A stretch of 59,003 bases of DNA, counting the filler, from Basidiobolus ranarum (lineage: Eukaryota), in assembly GCA_040143965.1 (NCBI GenBank). It is 9 parts of 9 records of this genome, joined end to end, with 100 filler letters (N's around TTAATTAATTAA, not from the genome) between each part and the next. Parts side by side here need not be neighbours in the genome. Positions count along the whole stretch, not along the records: positions 1 to 6,497 come from JASJQH010001307.1; positions 6,598 to 13,088 come from JASJQH010001308.1; 7 more parts are not named here. The stretch is one strand, 5' to 3'. The notes below the pieces were generated by a model. That model searched no databases. It saw nothing but the letters and a program-made list of their open reading frames with translations, and was not told where the DNA came from. Made by a program: the position numbers and the translations under genes. Below are positions 1 to 11,133 of this stretch, one piece after another (position 1 is the first letter of the stretch; each line of letters begins with the position of its first letter).

Positions 1-122
1 AAGCGGAAGCGGGGGGAAGGTTTTACCAACCAAGTATCGCTTGTTAATCCAAGAGAAATTTTGGTACATAAATCGTGCCTAATGATTCATTACATATACT
101 GAGAATTCGATAAAGAGTAAAA

Positions 123-217
123 CCACACCACACCACACTACACTTACCACCCCATCTCATGCCATGCCATGTCACGCCCGCCACGCCACGCCACGCCACA
201 CCACACCCCATCATACC
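123..217 (-). repeat. Degenerate pentanucleotide repeat (CCACA/CCACG/CCATG on +; G-rich GGTGT/GGCGT on the transcript strand) in the 3' UTR of the epimerase gene
   Basis: ccacaccacaccacactacac...catgccatgccatgtcacgcccgccacgccacgccacgccacaccacacccc, read directly. Confidence 0.85.
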
Positions 218-228
218 GTAAGTGAATC

Positions 229-1905
229 TCAATTTTGAGGCCATAGATTCTGCCCCTGGAATTCATGTATCACCTCTTTCACTCGTTCAGCAGTGATAAC
301 TGGTACTTCATACTGAAATCCGGTCACTTGAGTGATTTTAGTGCCATCCACCGCAATACCATGGGGATAAATGAATTCTTGGTCGAGGTATGGAGTCAAT
401 GGGGTATGATGAATACCAGATGCCTTAAGGAGTTCAGCCCAGGGTTTCAAATGTTTCTCATTGATCTCGTCCAAAACTACATCCAAGTTGCTCTAAAAAA
501 TGGGGAAGAAAAAAATGGTATGAGCTCAAAGAGTAGTGACAATGGAGAAACAGATGAGATATTTTCAAACTTACCTTGGCAAAGGTAGAGATTAAAGCAT
601 TTTGAAAGCCAGTCTTAATCCCAAATACCTCACCAAGTACGTTGTTCAATGAGAATTGGTCTAAAGAGTAGAGTGAAGGAAAGCGAGTTAATTCAATGGT
701 TTAACTGTGACCACACATATCTATTCCTTACTGGTATCTCCATGATCAGCAAGGTTAAAGATCTCAATCCCTGATTTGTTATTGTCCAAATACCAGTGAG
801 AAACATGCCAGAAAGCACGGGCAATATCCAGAACATGAACTGAATTGATGCGCATATCTTTGTCCCAAAGCATTGTCATTTTCTCGTTAAGATGTTTGTA
901 AACACGGCCAATTACAAACCGAGGGGCTAACAGATATAATGGTTAGTAAAAGTGTACAACTTCTGAACATAATGTAAATGCTACATACTAGAGAATGTCA
1001 TATCACCAGGCCCGTATATATTCGCTGTACGTAAGATAACCATGTTCAACCTTCAAATTATGTTAGATCATTGATAACTGGACTCGAATAGGAGAAGATG
1101 CTGTACCCGGATATCTTTTGAAGATCTTCTTCCATCATGGCGAAATACTTGCCCATTGAAGTCCAAGGATTCAATTTACCATCTTCCTTGTTAGGTTTCT
1201 GTCGTATTACAAGTGTGAGTTTAAGTATTTCCCATCATTCATTGGAATATCAATTTGTATAGTAGCCCACAAGCATACCTTATCACTCTCATAAATCGAG
1301 GCAGTGGAGAGCTGAACAAACAACTTCACATTGTGTTTGACTGCTTCATTGGCACAGTTTACGGAATAAGTATAAATGCGGTCTTTATAAATCTTGAACC
1401 AGAGAGTAGTTGTATTAGTATTACTTCAAGTATAAGATATGGTTGCTATGTCATTGTCATCACAAGTTCAACAAGATAATAGTGAGAAATAACTTACAGC
1501 CTCATTATGACCAAAGCCAGTTTCGGTTCCAACATTGAAGACCAAGTCCCAAGTGCCATTCTCTCTTTCAAATACTCGATGTAGGGATGCTAAAGAAAGG
1601 TACAGTACACAGTTTTAAGTAGATGGTTAGTGAAGTCTTCTGTACCTTGAAGATGGACTCGAGTCTTTTCTTCGAAACGCATAGATGATGAGAAAGATGA
1701 AAGTTTAAGTACCTGGATTGTATAGGTTGGCTTGCATATATTGTACTTTGGAGAAGGCATCCTTGCAACGCTTAGAGAAGTAAGCGGTTTCAGGTAATAC
1801 CTTGTCGGCTACTCGAATCTCACTTGCCAATTGGTTCTCTACCAAGTAAGTAACAATATTGCGGCCAACACAGCTACCACCACCAAGGACGAGTACCGAA
1901 ACCAT
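229..1905 (-). CDS. NAD(P)-dependent epimerase/dehydratase (extended SDR-like) family protein, multi-intron
   Basis: N-terminal Rossmann start MVSVLVLGGGSCVGRNIV...IRVADK. Exon 1 (1905-1713) splices in phase to ASLHRVFERENGTWDLVFNVGTE; later exons include FRTANIYGPGD and a last exon ending QGQNLWPQN* at 229. GT-AG introns throughout. Confidence 0.8.
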
Positions 1906-3425
1906 GTTTCTATCGATGATAAGCTATAATAAACAAAGATGTGGACTCTGGCCAAGAGAGAATGTAAATTTAGATATAGGAATAGCTGGTGTTTTCCAAG
2001 TCAGAATGAGCTAAATTAGCTCAGAACCCTCCATACGAGTACCATTTCCCAGTCTGATTGGCATATGAAGGATGTAATGTAATATCGTAGATTCAATGTA
2101 ATTGGGGTAAATTACTCTGGAAGTAGCGTTAAATCATGCATATTGAAAAAGGAAACTGAAATGGGGAGTGGTCCAGTTGGTGGTTGGCGATCTTGATCCA
2201 ATCTCAACCGTCTCCTAAATAGCAACTATGTAATGATATTCGGGTGAAATGTCATGCAATGATTGGTCGGTATCGACGCCAAAGTGTGGGTCTCATTAAC
2301 AGAGATCTCCAGTTCAACGATGAACTTTGGGCATGATGAAACAATAGGATCTTTTGAGGAATATCGATAATATTAAATAGTCAATGTAGCATAATCCTAG
2401 GGCTCGCAACTGTGGTTACGCAAACATGTATGGCGCTTTGAAATGCGATTAAATCTGAAGGCCTTCCATGACCAAGTCTAGACTTCCAATGTTCGGCAGG
2501 TATTTCCTTCTCTTGGGCGAAAAGCAATCGCCTCATTTCTTTTCGATGCTCGATATTTAAGTGCCATGTTGTATATACGTCAAGTGACAGATCTCACTGA
2601 CCAAATAATGAGCCAATCAATATTAATGCGGGTTATCCTCTTCAATGTGGCTGAAAATCTACGGCAAAGTGATCGTATGGAAATGCTCATGTTGCAAGCA
2701 CTTCAGTTGCTCACAATAAAAAATTCATTCCAGAGGATTGCTCATATCTCATGTTCTAACATTGGCAGTAGTATCATCCGAATCTAGTAGTCAACTTTAC
2801 CATCCCCAACACTGCTAGATCCCCAAATGAGTACAGGGGACACTGCTCCCTCATCGCATGTCAAGAGTGCCTCTACTGAAAGCGTCTAGTTTTAATAGTA
2901 CTACTACACTCCAAATACCGAAGGTAGGGCAGCCTTTATGATGGTAGTGAAATTTTACTTTCAATATCAAATGCTGATAGTTATGCATTGTAATGTGTGG
3001 ATATTGTCATTAGTCATGGGCAAGGTCAACAATTACACTTCTGCCATTGTATTATTTAGTTACTTGATTAAGCCACCATTAGGGTCGAGTAGAATCGTAC
3101 TTTTCATCCGAGTTGTGTATACAAAATACATGCAAATGGGGTGAGATAATGCCGATATCCGCGCTATTTCTATTACAGGGTTGAGAAATAATCAACGCTA
3201 TATTATTCAGGATCCTAAGGATGTGGTCGCAGTTGCTCATTGGATTGTATCAAGCCAAATTCAAACCTTTGAGCTAACTTGAGAATACATGCTATTTATC
3301 TAACAGCTTCTCAAATCTTAAATATGACATCATACATGTGTCCAAGACAGTAAACAATGACATCAATTCATTGTTGCCCAGGTACCGCAAAAGTAGTCAC
3401 AGTCATACAACTTTTACGTGAGTTC

Positions 3426-3772
3426 TGTTAAAGTATTGGGGAGCCTGTTGGAAGTGGTTTGGAGAGTTTGAGAAATTGGTGGTTTTCACTGATTGATTGA
3501 TTGAGTAGAAGTTTAACACATATAGCTTTATCATGATATAAGCAAATCAATGTGTAGAATATTTCAAGAAAGGTCCCAAAAACATGTGTGCAAAGCTTGG
3601 GTCTTCTAGCACAAGTTTGAAAAATCTACATATCTGAGAACTTCCAAGTTGGTAGAAATATTTTAAGTAAATTCAAATGAGAATAATGGGTCATATCTTA
3701 GCGAAATATAAAATAGCTAAGTACTAAGTTACATATGACTATATAGGTGCTTAGGCAATGCTAACTTCAACA
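3426..3772 (-). mobile_element. Copia LTR family A, solo/partial copy (reverse orientation)
   Basis: TGTTAAAG...TTCAACA termini; matches about a dozen other copies in this window; flanks do not form a TSD. Confidence 0.85.
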
Positions 3773-3857
3773 AAACCTAATATAATGAAACCTTGATAAG
3801 TTGGCAGACTTGCATCTGTTGAAATTAGCATTGCCTAAGCACCTATGTAGTAATATA

Positions 3858-4062
3858 TGTTGAGGTATTTGGGAGCCTGTAGGAAGTGGTTTGGAGAATT
3901 AGAGAAATTGGTGGTTTTCACTTGTTGATTTATTGATTTGGTAGAAATATTATAAGTAAACTCCAATTGAGAATAATGGATAATATCTTAGTGAATTATA
4001 AGATAACTAAGTAATAAGCTATATATAACTATATAGGTGTTTAGGCAATGCTAGTTTCAGCA
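3858..4062 (-). mobile_element. Internally deleted 205-bp family A solo LTR inserted inside a family A LTR, TSD ATATA
   Basis: ATATA (3853-3857) TG...CA ATATA (4063-4067); host LTR resumes seamlessly after it. Confidence 0.85.
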
Positions 4063-4835
4063 ATATATAGCTTAGCACTTAGCTACCTTATTTTTCACTA
4101 AGATAATACGCATTATTCTCAATTAGAGTTTACTTATAACATTTCTACCAAATCAAAAGTTCTAAAATATGCAGATTTTAAAACTTGTGATAGAAGCCCC
4201 ACACTTTGTGCACATATTCCTAGGACCTTCCTAAGCATATTATACATGATATTTTGCTTATATTTTGACAAATTATAAATGTCATCATTCTATTCAATAG
4301 ATCAATAAGTGAAAACCACCAATATCTCTATTTCTCCAAACCACTTTCAACAGACTCCCAAATACTTTAACAGTTTATGCATCCCAAGCTTACACTCTTT
4401 GTAATGTCTACTTCTCAAATTTCTGGAGCTTTTCACCATTATGAAAAAATGGATGGAACCAATTATCAAGTATGGTGAATCAAAATGAAAATGCTGCTGC
4501 AAGAAAAAGTACTTTGGGTCACTGTTATAGGAGAAGAAAACAATGTAAAGCTATCTGAAATCAAAGTTGTACTCCATGTTAAAAAAGAACAAAGCACCTT
4601 TGACACAATTTTTCTTAATGTTAAAGACAAGTTGCAAATTCAATGTTCAAGAGCTAAAACTGCCAAGAAGATGTTGAAAGCCTTGGAAGACATCTACCAA
4701 ACATATTCTGCTACCAACATGATCTTTCTAAGAAGACAATTCTTTAACTTAAACATGAAGCTAGGAGAAGACATTAAATCACTAATTAAAAGTCCCTACT
4801 TTGGATGAAATTGAATGCATTGGAGTACCTATTAC

Positions 4836-5314
4836 TATTGGAGGATCTTGACATAATGAGGGGAGACTTTGTATATTAGAGGCAATTTATTATAGTGTTT
4901 TTTAGCTACTCAATTCTGAAGGGAATATTGTAATTTATGTAGTAGAGAAGTAAATCAATTGTTTCAGATATACAGGAGTTTGTGTAATAAGATATAATAG
5001 ATAAGTCAAGGTAATAAGACATACTTATTATATTGATATTGAGATATTCATGTTTAGAATATAGGGGCTATAGATACATTGCTTTCTGTTTAAGATATAT
5101 GTATCATAACTAAAGTCTATTAGGATGTTGAATAGAGATTAATTATCCAACAGAGATATATTATAATGACTCAGTAACTATTATACACACTATGGAAGTA
5201 AGTAAGTTTTTAAAACCAGAATATATGGGTTATAGATACATTTTTTTCTGTTTCTGATGTATATATCATAATTAAAGTTAACTAAGATGTTGAATGGATG
5301 TTAATTTTCTAACA
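4836..5314 (-). mobile_element. LTR family C insertion in gag, with a duplicated LTR end (ends at 5152 and 5314)
   Basis: TATTGGAGG...TCCAACA / ...TCTAACA; inverted match to 5884-6200; degenerate TSD attac/actgc; gag resumes on both sides (compare 14724-15035). Confidence 0.75.
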
Positions 5315-5824
5315 ACTGCTGATCATAATATTGTAGTTTCCATCCTGAATTGCCTGCCACGCAAGTTTCAGAGCCTAGTAATGGCTCTAGAATCAACAAC
5401 TGAAAATTTGACCTTAAATTATGGATTTGGCAGACTCCTGGATGATTGTATATGCAATCCGGGATCCAACCAAAAGAATGAAAAAAATGCCTTGATAGGT
5501 TACAGGAAACCTTCTTACAAAGGTCACAAGCACTTTATGATGAAAAGTAACACATTCTGTGATTACTGTAAAATAACTGGCTTTATTAGAAAAGATTACT
5601 TTAACAGAATTGCAAAATAAGAAAAATATACTGAACCTTGAAATGAGGTTATAACAGAAGATCACTTGTTCATTTCTGCTCTATCTATGACTACCAACAA
5701 GGATTCTCAGATATGGTATATTGATTCTGGAGCCTCCCAATATTTCACAATTGAAGAACATGGGTTTATGAATTATGAAGAAATCCCAATTAGAATGGCT
5801 TTCATAGGAGATGATGGTACATTG

Positions 5825-6497
5825 TGTTGAAATTAGCTTTGCCTAAACACCTATATGGTAATATATAGCTTGGTACATAGTTATATTGGATAATTAATCT
5901 TTATTCCACATCTTAGTTAACTTTAGTTATGATACATATATCAGAAACAGAAAGCAACATATGTATAGCCCCTATAGTCTAAATAGGAATATCTCTATAT
6001 CTATATAACAAGTATGTCTTATTACCCCCACTTATCTATTATATCTTATTACACAAACTCCTGAATATCTCAAACAATTGACTTACCTTTCTACTATATA
6101 AGTCACCATATACTCTTAAGAATAAAGTAACTAAAACACACTATCATAAGTTGCTTCGAATACTCAAAGTCTACCCCCATTATGTCAAGATCCTCCAACA
6201 GGCACAAATCAAATCATCAACTCCAGAGATACTATATTCATTGAAGAAAATCTCAAATCCTCTAATCAAGGGTATTTGATTTTGGCTGAAAATCAATTTC
6301 TCAATAACTCAAATTCTGAGTTAATCCAAGTTTAGAAAATATCACATCTGGCACAAGGTCTAAAACATCAGCCACCAATGAATATATGACAAAACTTAAA
6401 TCATTACCAATCCCTGTGGTGAATATTCCTAGCAGAAAACCAACAAGCAATAATCCTGTCTCAAACTTCACTATGAGTACTGAAACCAAGGAGAACA
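5825..6497 (+). mobile_element. Nested LTR A start (5825-5883), LTR C (5884-6200) and probable pol spacer fragment
   Basis: TGTTGAAATTAGC start of LTR A; TATTGGATAATT...CCTCCAACA for LTR C. Confidence 0.7.
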
Positions 6498-6597
6498 NNN
6501 NNNNNNNNNNNNNNNNNNNNNNNNNNNNNNNNNNNNNNNNNTTAATTAATTAANNNNNNNNNNNNNNNNNNNNNNNNNNNNNNNNNNNNNNNNNNNN
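6498..6597. other. Artificial contig linker N44-TTAATTAATTAA-N44 (also at 13089-13188, 19663-19762, 26235-26334, 32802-32901, 39361-39460, 45915-46014, 52465-52564)
   Basis: Identical 100-bp spacer with stops in all six frames; segment lengths fall monotonically 6497, 6491, 6474, 6472, 6467, 6459, 6454, 6450, 6439. Confidence 0.99.
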
Positions 6598-6638
6598 TCT
6601 CCAAACCACTTCCAACAGGCTCCCAGAATACTTTAACA
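6598..6638 (+). mobile_element. 3' end of a family A LTR at the contig start
   Basis: CCAAACCACTTCCAACAGGCTCCCAGAATACTTTAACA. Confidence 0.8.
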
Positions 6639-7221
6639 ATTTTACCAGTTGTAGCTTAAAGTTTCATTTTCACATTTACAGAAGAAATAAATAAGCACAT
6701 GAATCCATACTTCAAATGGCTCATGCTTTGGATTTGTGTTCAGTCATTGAATGGCAAAATGAGTAGAAATATCCAGAATTAGAAGATAAACTGCAAATAT
6801 CTCTTTTGAGAAAAGGTCAACAAAATAAACACATACATTGACTTGCTTGGTAATGGAAGACATTTACATGCTATAGTTAGTACAAGAAACGAAGGAAAGT
6901 GAGTTGATAAGATCCTTAGCACTAATACTTCAAACTACATCACTGTCCATTGTAAGATGAAGATACACGCAAAAGAATAACCACCAAATTAGATTCTCGA
7001 TTTCCATTCAATGCGATCGAAATCCATTCACTCATCAGAAATATCCAAAAGGTCATTTCTAATGTTAATAAATAACTATATTCAAGCCAATTAAGGGTAA
7101 TGTAGATTTTAATAGGTCCAAGTATTTTCATTATCCAACTTGTAAACAAAAGGTATCGTTGACCCAGAGAATATCACTTTATGCCCAAGTCATTTAAACG
7201 GAAAAGTGGAGTTACAGACCA

Positions 7222-9955
7222 ATGAATCACCAAGCTAGGGAGTCTATACTAGCTCCATTAGGAAGATGCTTTGATGTGTTGAGTATAAAAGTACCTCTTT
7301 ACATTTGAATATTATTGTTTTACTCTTTTCTGAAGTTCACCTTTCGCGTTTTATCCTAGAATTTCGAGATTGGAAGATTACTGGGTACGGGAGCTTTTGG
7401 ACATGTCTACAAAGCAGTTGGAAAGCCTGGTCCCTACGAAGGAAGGAAAGTCGCAATAAAAATGGTTAGTAACTATATACACCTTTGTAGTTTACTACAT
7501 AGAATTACTTGTGATTAAATACGTGCTTCTAGATTAATAAATCAAAATTAACCGATGATCTACGAAGACGCGTTGTTAACGAAGTGGAAATCCAGTGGCA
7601 ATTGCAGCATCCTTCAATATTAGAGCTGTTCGATTATTTTGAAGACGAAAATAAAGTCTATTTGGTTATGGAACTCTGTTCTGGAGGAGAGCTTTATCGG
7701 TATTTGAAAGAACGAAAGTGTCCTTTAACTGAATCCGAAGCTCGTTGCGTGCTGCGTCAATTAGTGGATGGTTTATTGTATATGCATTCCAACGGAATAA
7801 TGCATAGAGATCTCAAACTCTCGAACATTTTACTTACTGATGAGTTTCATGTGGTAACAAAAAAGTTACTTTCTTTATTGGTTGGTATCACTCTTCTAAT
7901 TCTACTTGATATGCACTTCGTGTTTCCTGGCAAAATAGAAAATAGCTGATTTTGGTTTGGCAACAAGAATCGATGGTAGAGAGGGTGAGCAGAAGACAAT
8001 GTGTGGAACCCCCAACTATATATCACCGTAAGCACAGCTTATCTTCTATGAAGATTGATAGTTTACTTATGACCGCTTATATAGGGAAATCATATCGCGA
8101 CAACCATACGGATTCGCCTCAGATGTATGGTCCCTAGGATGTATTCTATTCACATTCTTAACCGGAAAACCGCCGTTCGAGGTATGTAAAGACCATCTGA
8201 CTATCATCGTTGATTTTCTCTAAGTGGTTTTGTATTAGAGCCACAAAGTAAGAAATACCCTAGATAAGGTGGCTAAAGGGGATTATATACTTCCACACGG
8301 TCTCTCACCAGAGGCACAGGATTTAATTCAAAAGCTACTACAAATAGTAAGAAGTCAGACTTTTCTAAAGTGAATCGACAGTGAAACTAACGTCTCCCTA
8401 GCAACCCCATGCAAGAATACAGTTAGATCGAATCCTCCATCACCCTTTTCTCAGTCCTAGTCTACCGACTCAATCTTTGCAACGATCGAAAATGCCAGTG
8501 GTAAGACACAGCCCTTCAACAGTCTATCTGGAAGCCAAGGTGCCGCAAGAAGCACCGAAGACAGAGGAAGTTTACCAACGATACGTGAAGGATGGAGGTT
8601 AGTTTTGCCATAGAATGTGACAGTGAAACTGAGCTAATATTCTGATTCATGCTGGCGTTGAATAGAGGAGAAAGATTACCCAAAGGCTACTTCACTTCAG
8701 CCGATCAATGGCGAGAGGTTAAAGCCCATCAAGCAAAAGACAAAACATGGGACTATTGAAATCCTCTCCTCAGGAACCATCGTCCTAGATCTGGATGGAG
8801 AGAAAAACATCATGGCCATCAGCAAATCCGGAGATCAGGTACGCGTAAAGAAATGGTGCGACTCATCCAAAAAAGCCTACTGACTTCGTTGTTACAAATT
8901 AGATCCATTTTTTTGAGAAGAAGTCTAGCCATCTGCCTCACGAGCATTTGACTGTTCCCGTCAAATCGTTCACCCTTAAATCACTGCCCGAAAAATATGA
9001 AAGTAGATATCGCTACGTGTATCGGTTTGTTGATTTGATCCGATCGAAAACACCTAAAGTTGGTCTACTCTTCTTGTCAAGTCAATGATGCATGCCACTA
9101 ACCGCTCTTTCGTTGGCAGATCATTTTTTATTCCTCACAAGCTAAGTGTCTTTTGATGGAGAATGGGCCGCTGGCTGATTTTGAAATGGACTTCTATAAC
9201 GGAATCAAAGTACAAAATTCCGCTTCCCGAGGAGTTCTTCAAATCAGGAATGTCCAAGAAGAAGGCTCTGCTCGCGACTACAATTTCGATACAAACTCCA
9301 ACGCCAAGTTCGTAATACCCACTGGCCTGAAGCCTATCTTTCGACATATTCAAGAATGTCTAAAAACATGTCTGGACATTGAACAAACCCACCAGCATAC
9401 TTCTGACTATCCTATCATTATCAGCCATTCAGAAACCAGTTCTTCCCTGAAAAAACCCCAAGAAGCACCCTCGACGGATCGATTCAACACAAAGGCGAAG
9501 TTAAACAATTATGACAATCACGCGAAGAGTGACTCGGGCAAAGGGAAACTTCTTCAGCACGACATTCTTCCAAAAAAACCTATGACTGTAGAGAGGAGTG
9601 GGAGCTCAAGTAGCCAGGCCTCCTCTGGAGGAGTCCCCTCTTCTGAGCATATGCAGTTTATTCCCAACGTTGGATGGTGTCAGCGTTCAAACAGCGGGGT
9701 GTTTATGCTCCTGTTTTTCGATGGAATCCAGATGGTGGTGGAGGCCAAGAACCAACTGATTATATGGTCGGATCACAATACCCCCTACGTGGAGCCGCAA
9801 AGGTTAGTATCCATGATATTGTCCATGAAACGCTTAATTTGACTAATTGCTTTGACTCTAGGTTTACCATTGACAAGAATCTACCAAAGTCTGTTAAAAC
9901 CAAGCTAGCTTATTTACCCAAGTTTATAGGACTCTTTGAGGCACGGCCGTGCTAA
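7222..9955 (+). CDS. PLK4: Polo-like kinase 4 (PLK4/SAK) orthologue, about 11 exons
   Basis: Kinase [56 protein letters not shown]. Cryptic polo box PB1 [22 protein letters not shown]...[27 protein letters not shown]2 [30 protein letters not shown]3 FIPNVGWC...FFDGIQMVV...[12 protein letters not shown]. All match recalled animal PLK4 motifs. Confidence 0.9.
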
Positions 9956-10133
9956 TTATTCCTATATGTACATATTTATACATATCTCTCTTTCCGTTTA
10001 TATCAATTTTGTCTTGTAAATTCCTTTTTCTTTTAATCATTCTGTGTTCAAATTATCAAGTTTTGAGAGGTTCATTTTGGAAATATAATATGGTATCATT
10101 TCATTCGTCAACGAGTTCCTTTCCCAGTGAAAT

Positions 10134-10865
10134 TCATGCACCTTTGAGTTTATATTTAGCTTTCTCTAGTTCTCCCAACTGTTGTTCCGACTCTCTCATC
10201 CACTTTAAAGCTATTGTTTGTACACTAACAAGTAAGAGTGGTAATCCCCATATTAGCCAATCTTGAACCGAGCTGGGTTTCATCAGTAAAGGTGGAAGCA
10301 AAGAAATCACCAAGTATGCCCAAAAGAATCGAATGGTAGGTTGACCCATATGAAGGATATATAGTGAGAGTGATAGCGAAGTCATACATAATAGAATGGA
10401 GAATGGAACTGGCGTGGTCACATATGGTTCATCTATTAAATAAATATAATCCCTAACTGAGGCGTAACCTGAGTACAAGTAACTTGAAAAGTCATCAAAG
10501 TTGTAAAGCTTTAGTAAGTTTCGAAAGCAACCCCTTTCCCTGTAGATTAGAACTTACAAGATAAGAAGTGTAGAGGGTAAGACATGTAAGGCTACCTAAA
10601 ATGCGTAGAAAAATGGAATAAGAGCTGAGTTCAAGGTCATATTACCGTGTATATGCGCACTTACAAAGAAGATCCAATCTGCTTGACTGTTCTCTTTTCT
10701 TAATTCCTCAATCAAACGCTCCTGCTCTTTATAGTGGGAAATAAGGTTGGAGTGAGAACGAAGAAGGCGAATTTACAAACCAAAGGTACCTTCCTCATCC
10801 AAAAACTCTATTACATCGTCAGTGTGCTTTTCTACACTACGGAAAGTGTTCAATACTCGACGCAT
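10134..10865 (-). CDS. Small conserved multi-pass membrane protein of unknown function (4 exons)
   Basis: MRRVLNTFRS...FLDEE|EQERLIEELRKENSQADWIFF|...hydrophobic segments...LGELEKAKYKLKGA*; GT-AG introns keep the frame. Confidence 0.7.
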
Positions 10866-11133
10866 AGTAGTATATAGGTCATAAACAACATTGAAGCGCT
10901 ATGCCTCTCTGGTTACTTATTGGTTCTAGAATAGGGCATGATGATAGGAGTGGTGGTACAAACTGCTTCACATTATTGATCCTGCAACTATGATGTAATA
11001 CTTAATCTTCGCCAGACTGAAGGCACTCTCAACAAGACCCATCAGCCAGCTTTACCGCATTGGTGCATCAATCAAGTAATATTAATATTGCTAATTTGGA
11101 TCATTTAAGCATACTAGTTCAACAATGTGTATT

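Larger units (their letters stand above)
3817..5824 (+). mobile_element. Decayed Ty1/copia element family A: 5' LTR (3817-4372), PBS (from 4373), gag-zinc knuckle-protease, interrupted by nested LTRs
   Basis: LTR TGTTGAAATTAGC...CTTTAACA; Gag EKMDGTNYQVW*IKMKMLL...RRQFFNLNMK...LNCLPRKFQSLVMALES; knuckle CDYCKITG; protease WYIDSGAS; stops and frameshifts. Confidence 0.9.

Noticed and set aside
44-244. ORF MASKLRFTYGMMGCG..., superficially like a thymidine kinase N-terminus
   Set aside because: No GKS/T P-loop; it overlaps the epimerase stop and just reads through the pentamer repeat.
1950-3400. Short ORFs (2566-2787, 2938-3144) and possible ncRNA in intergenic DNA; likewise 30400-32500 and 41000-42900
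   Set aside because: No recognisable motifs, splice pattern, tRNA boxes or stable structure seen by eye.
6498-6597. Regularly spaced TTAATTAATTAA palindromes flanked by Ns
   Set aside because: Artificial six-frame-stop linker between size-sorted contigs; for the same reason no synteny or gene-cluster inference is made across linkers.
10780-10790. Intron donor GTACCTTT resembling the U12 minor-intron consensus GTATCCTTT
   Set aside because: Lacks the invariant ATCC core and no U12 branch point was seen; treated as an ordinary U2 intron.
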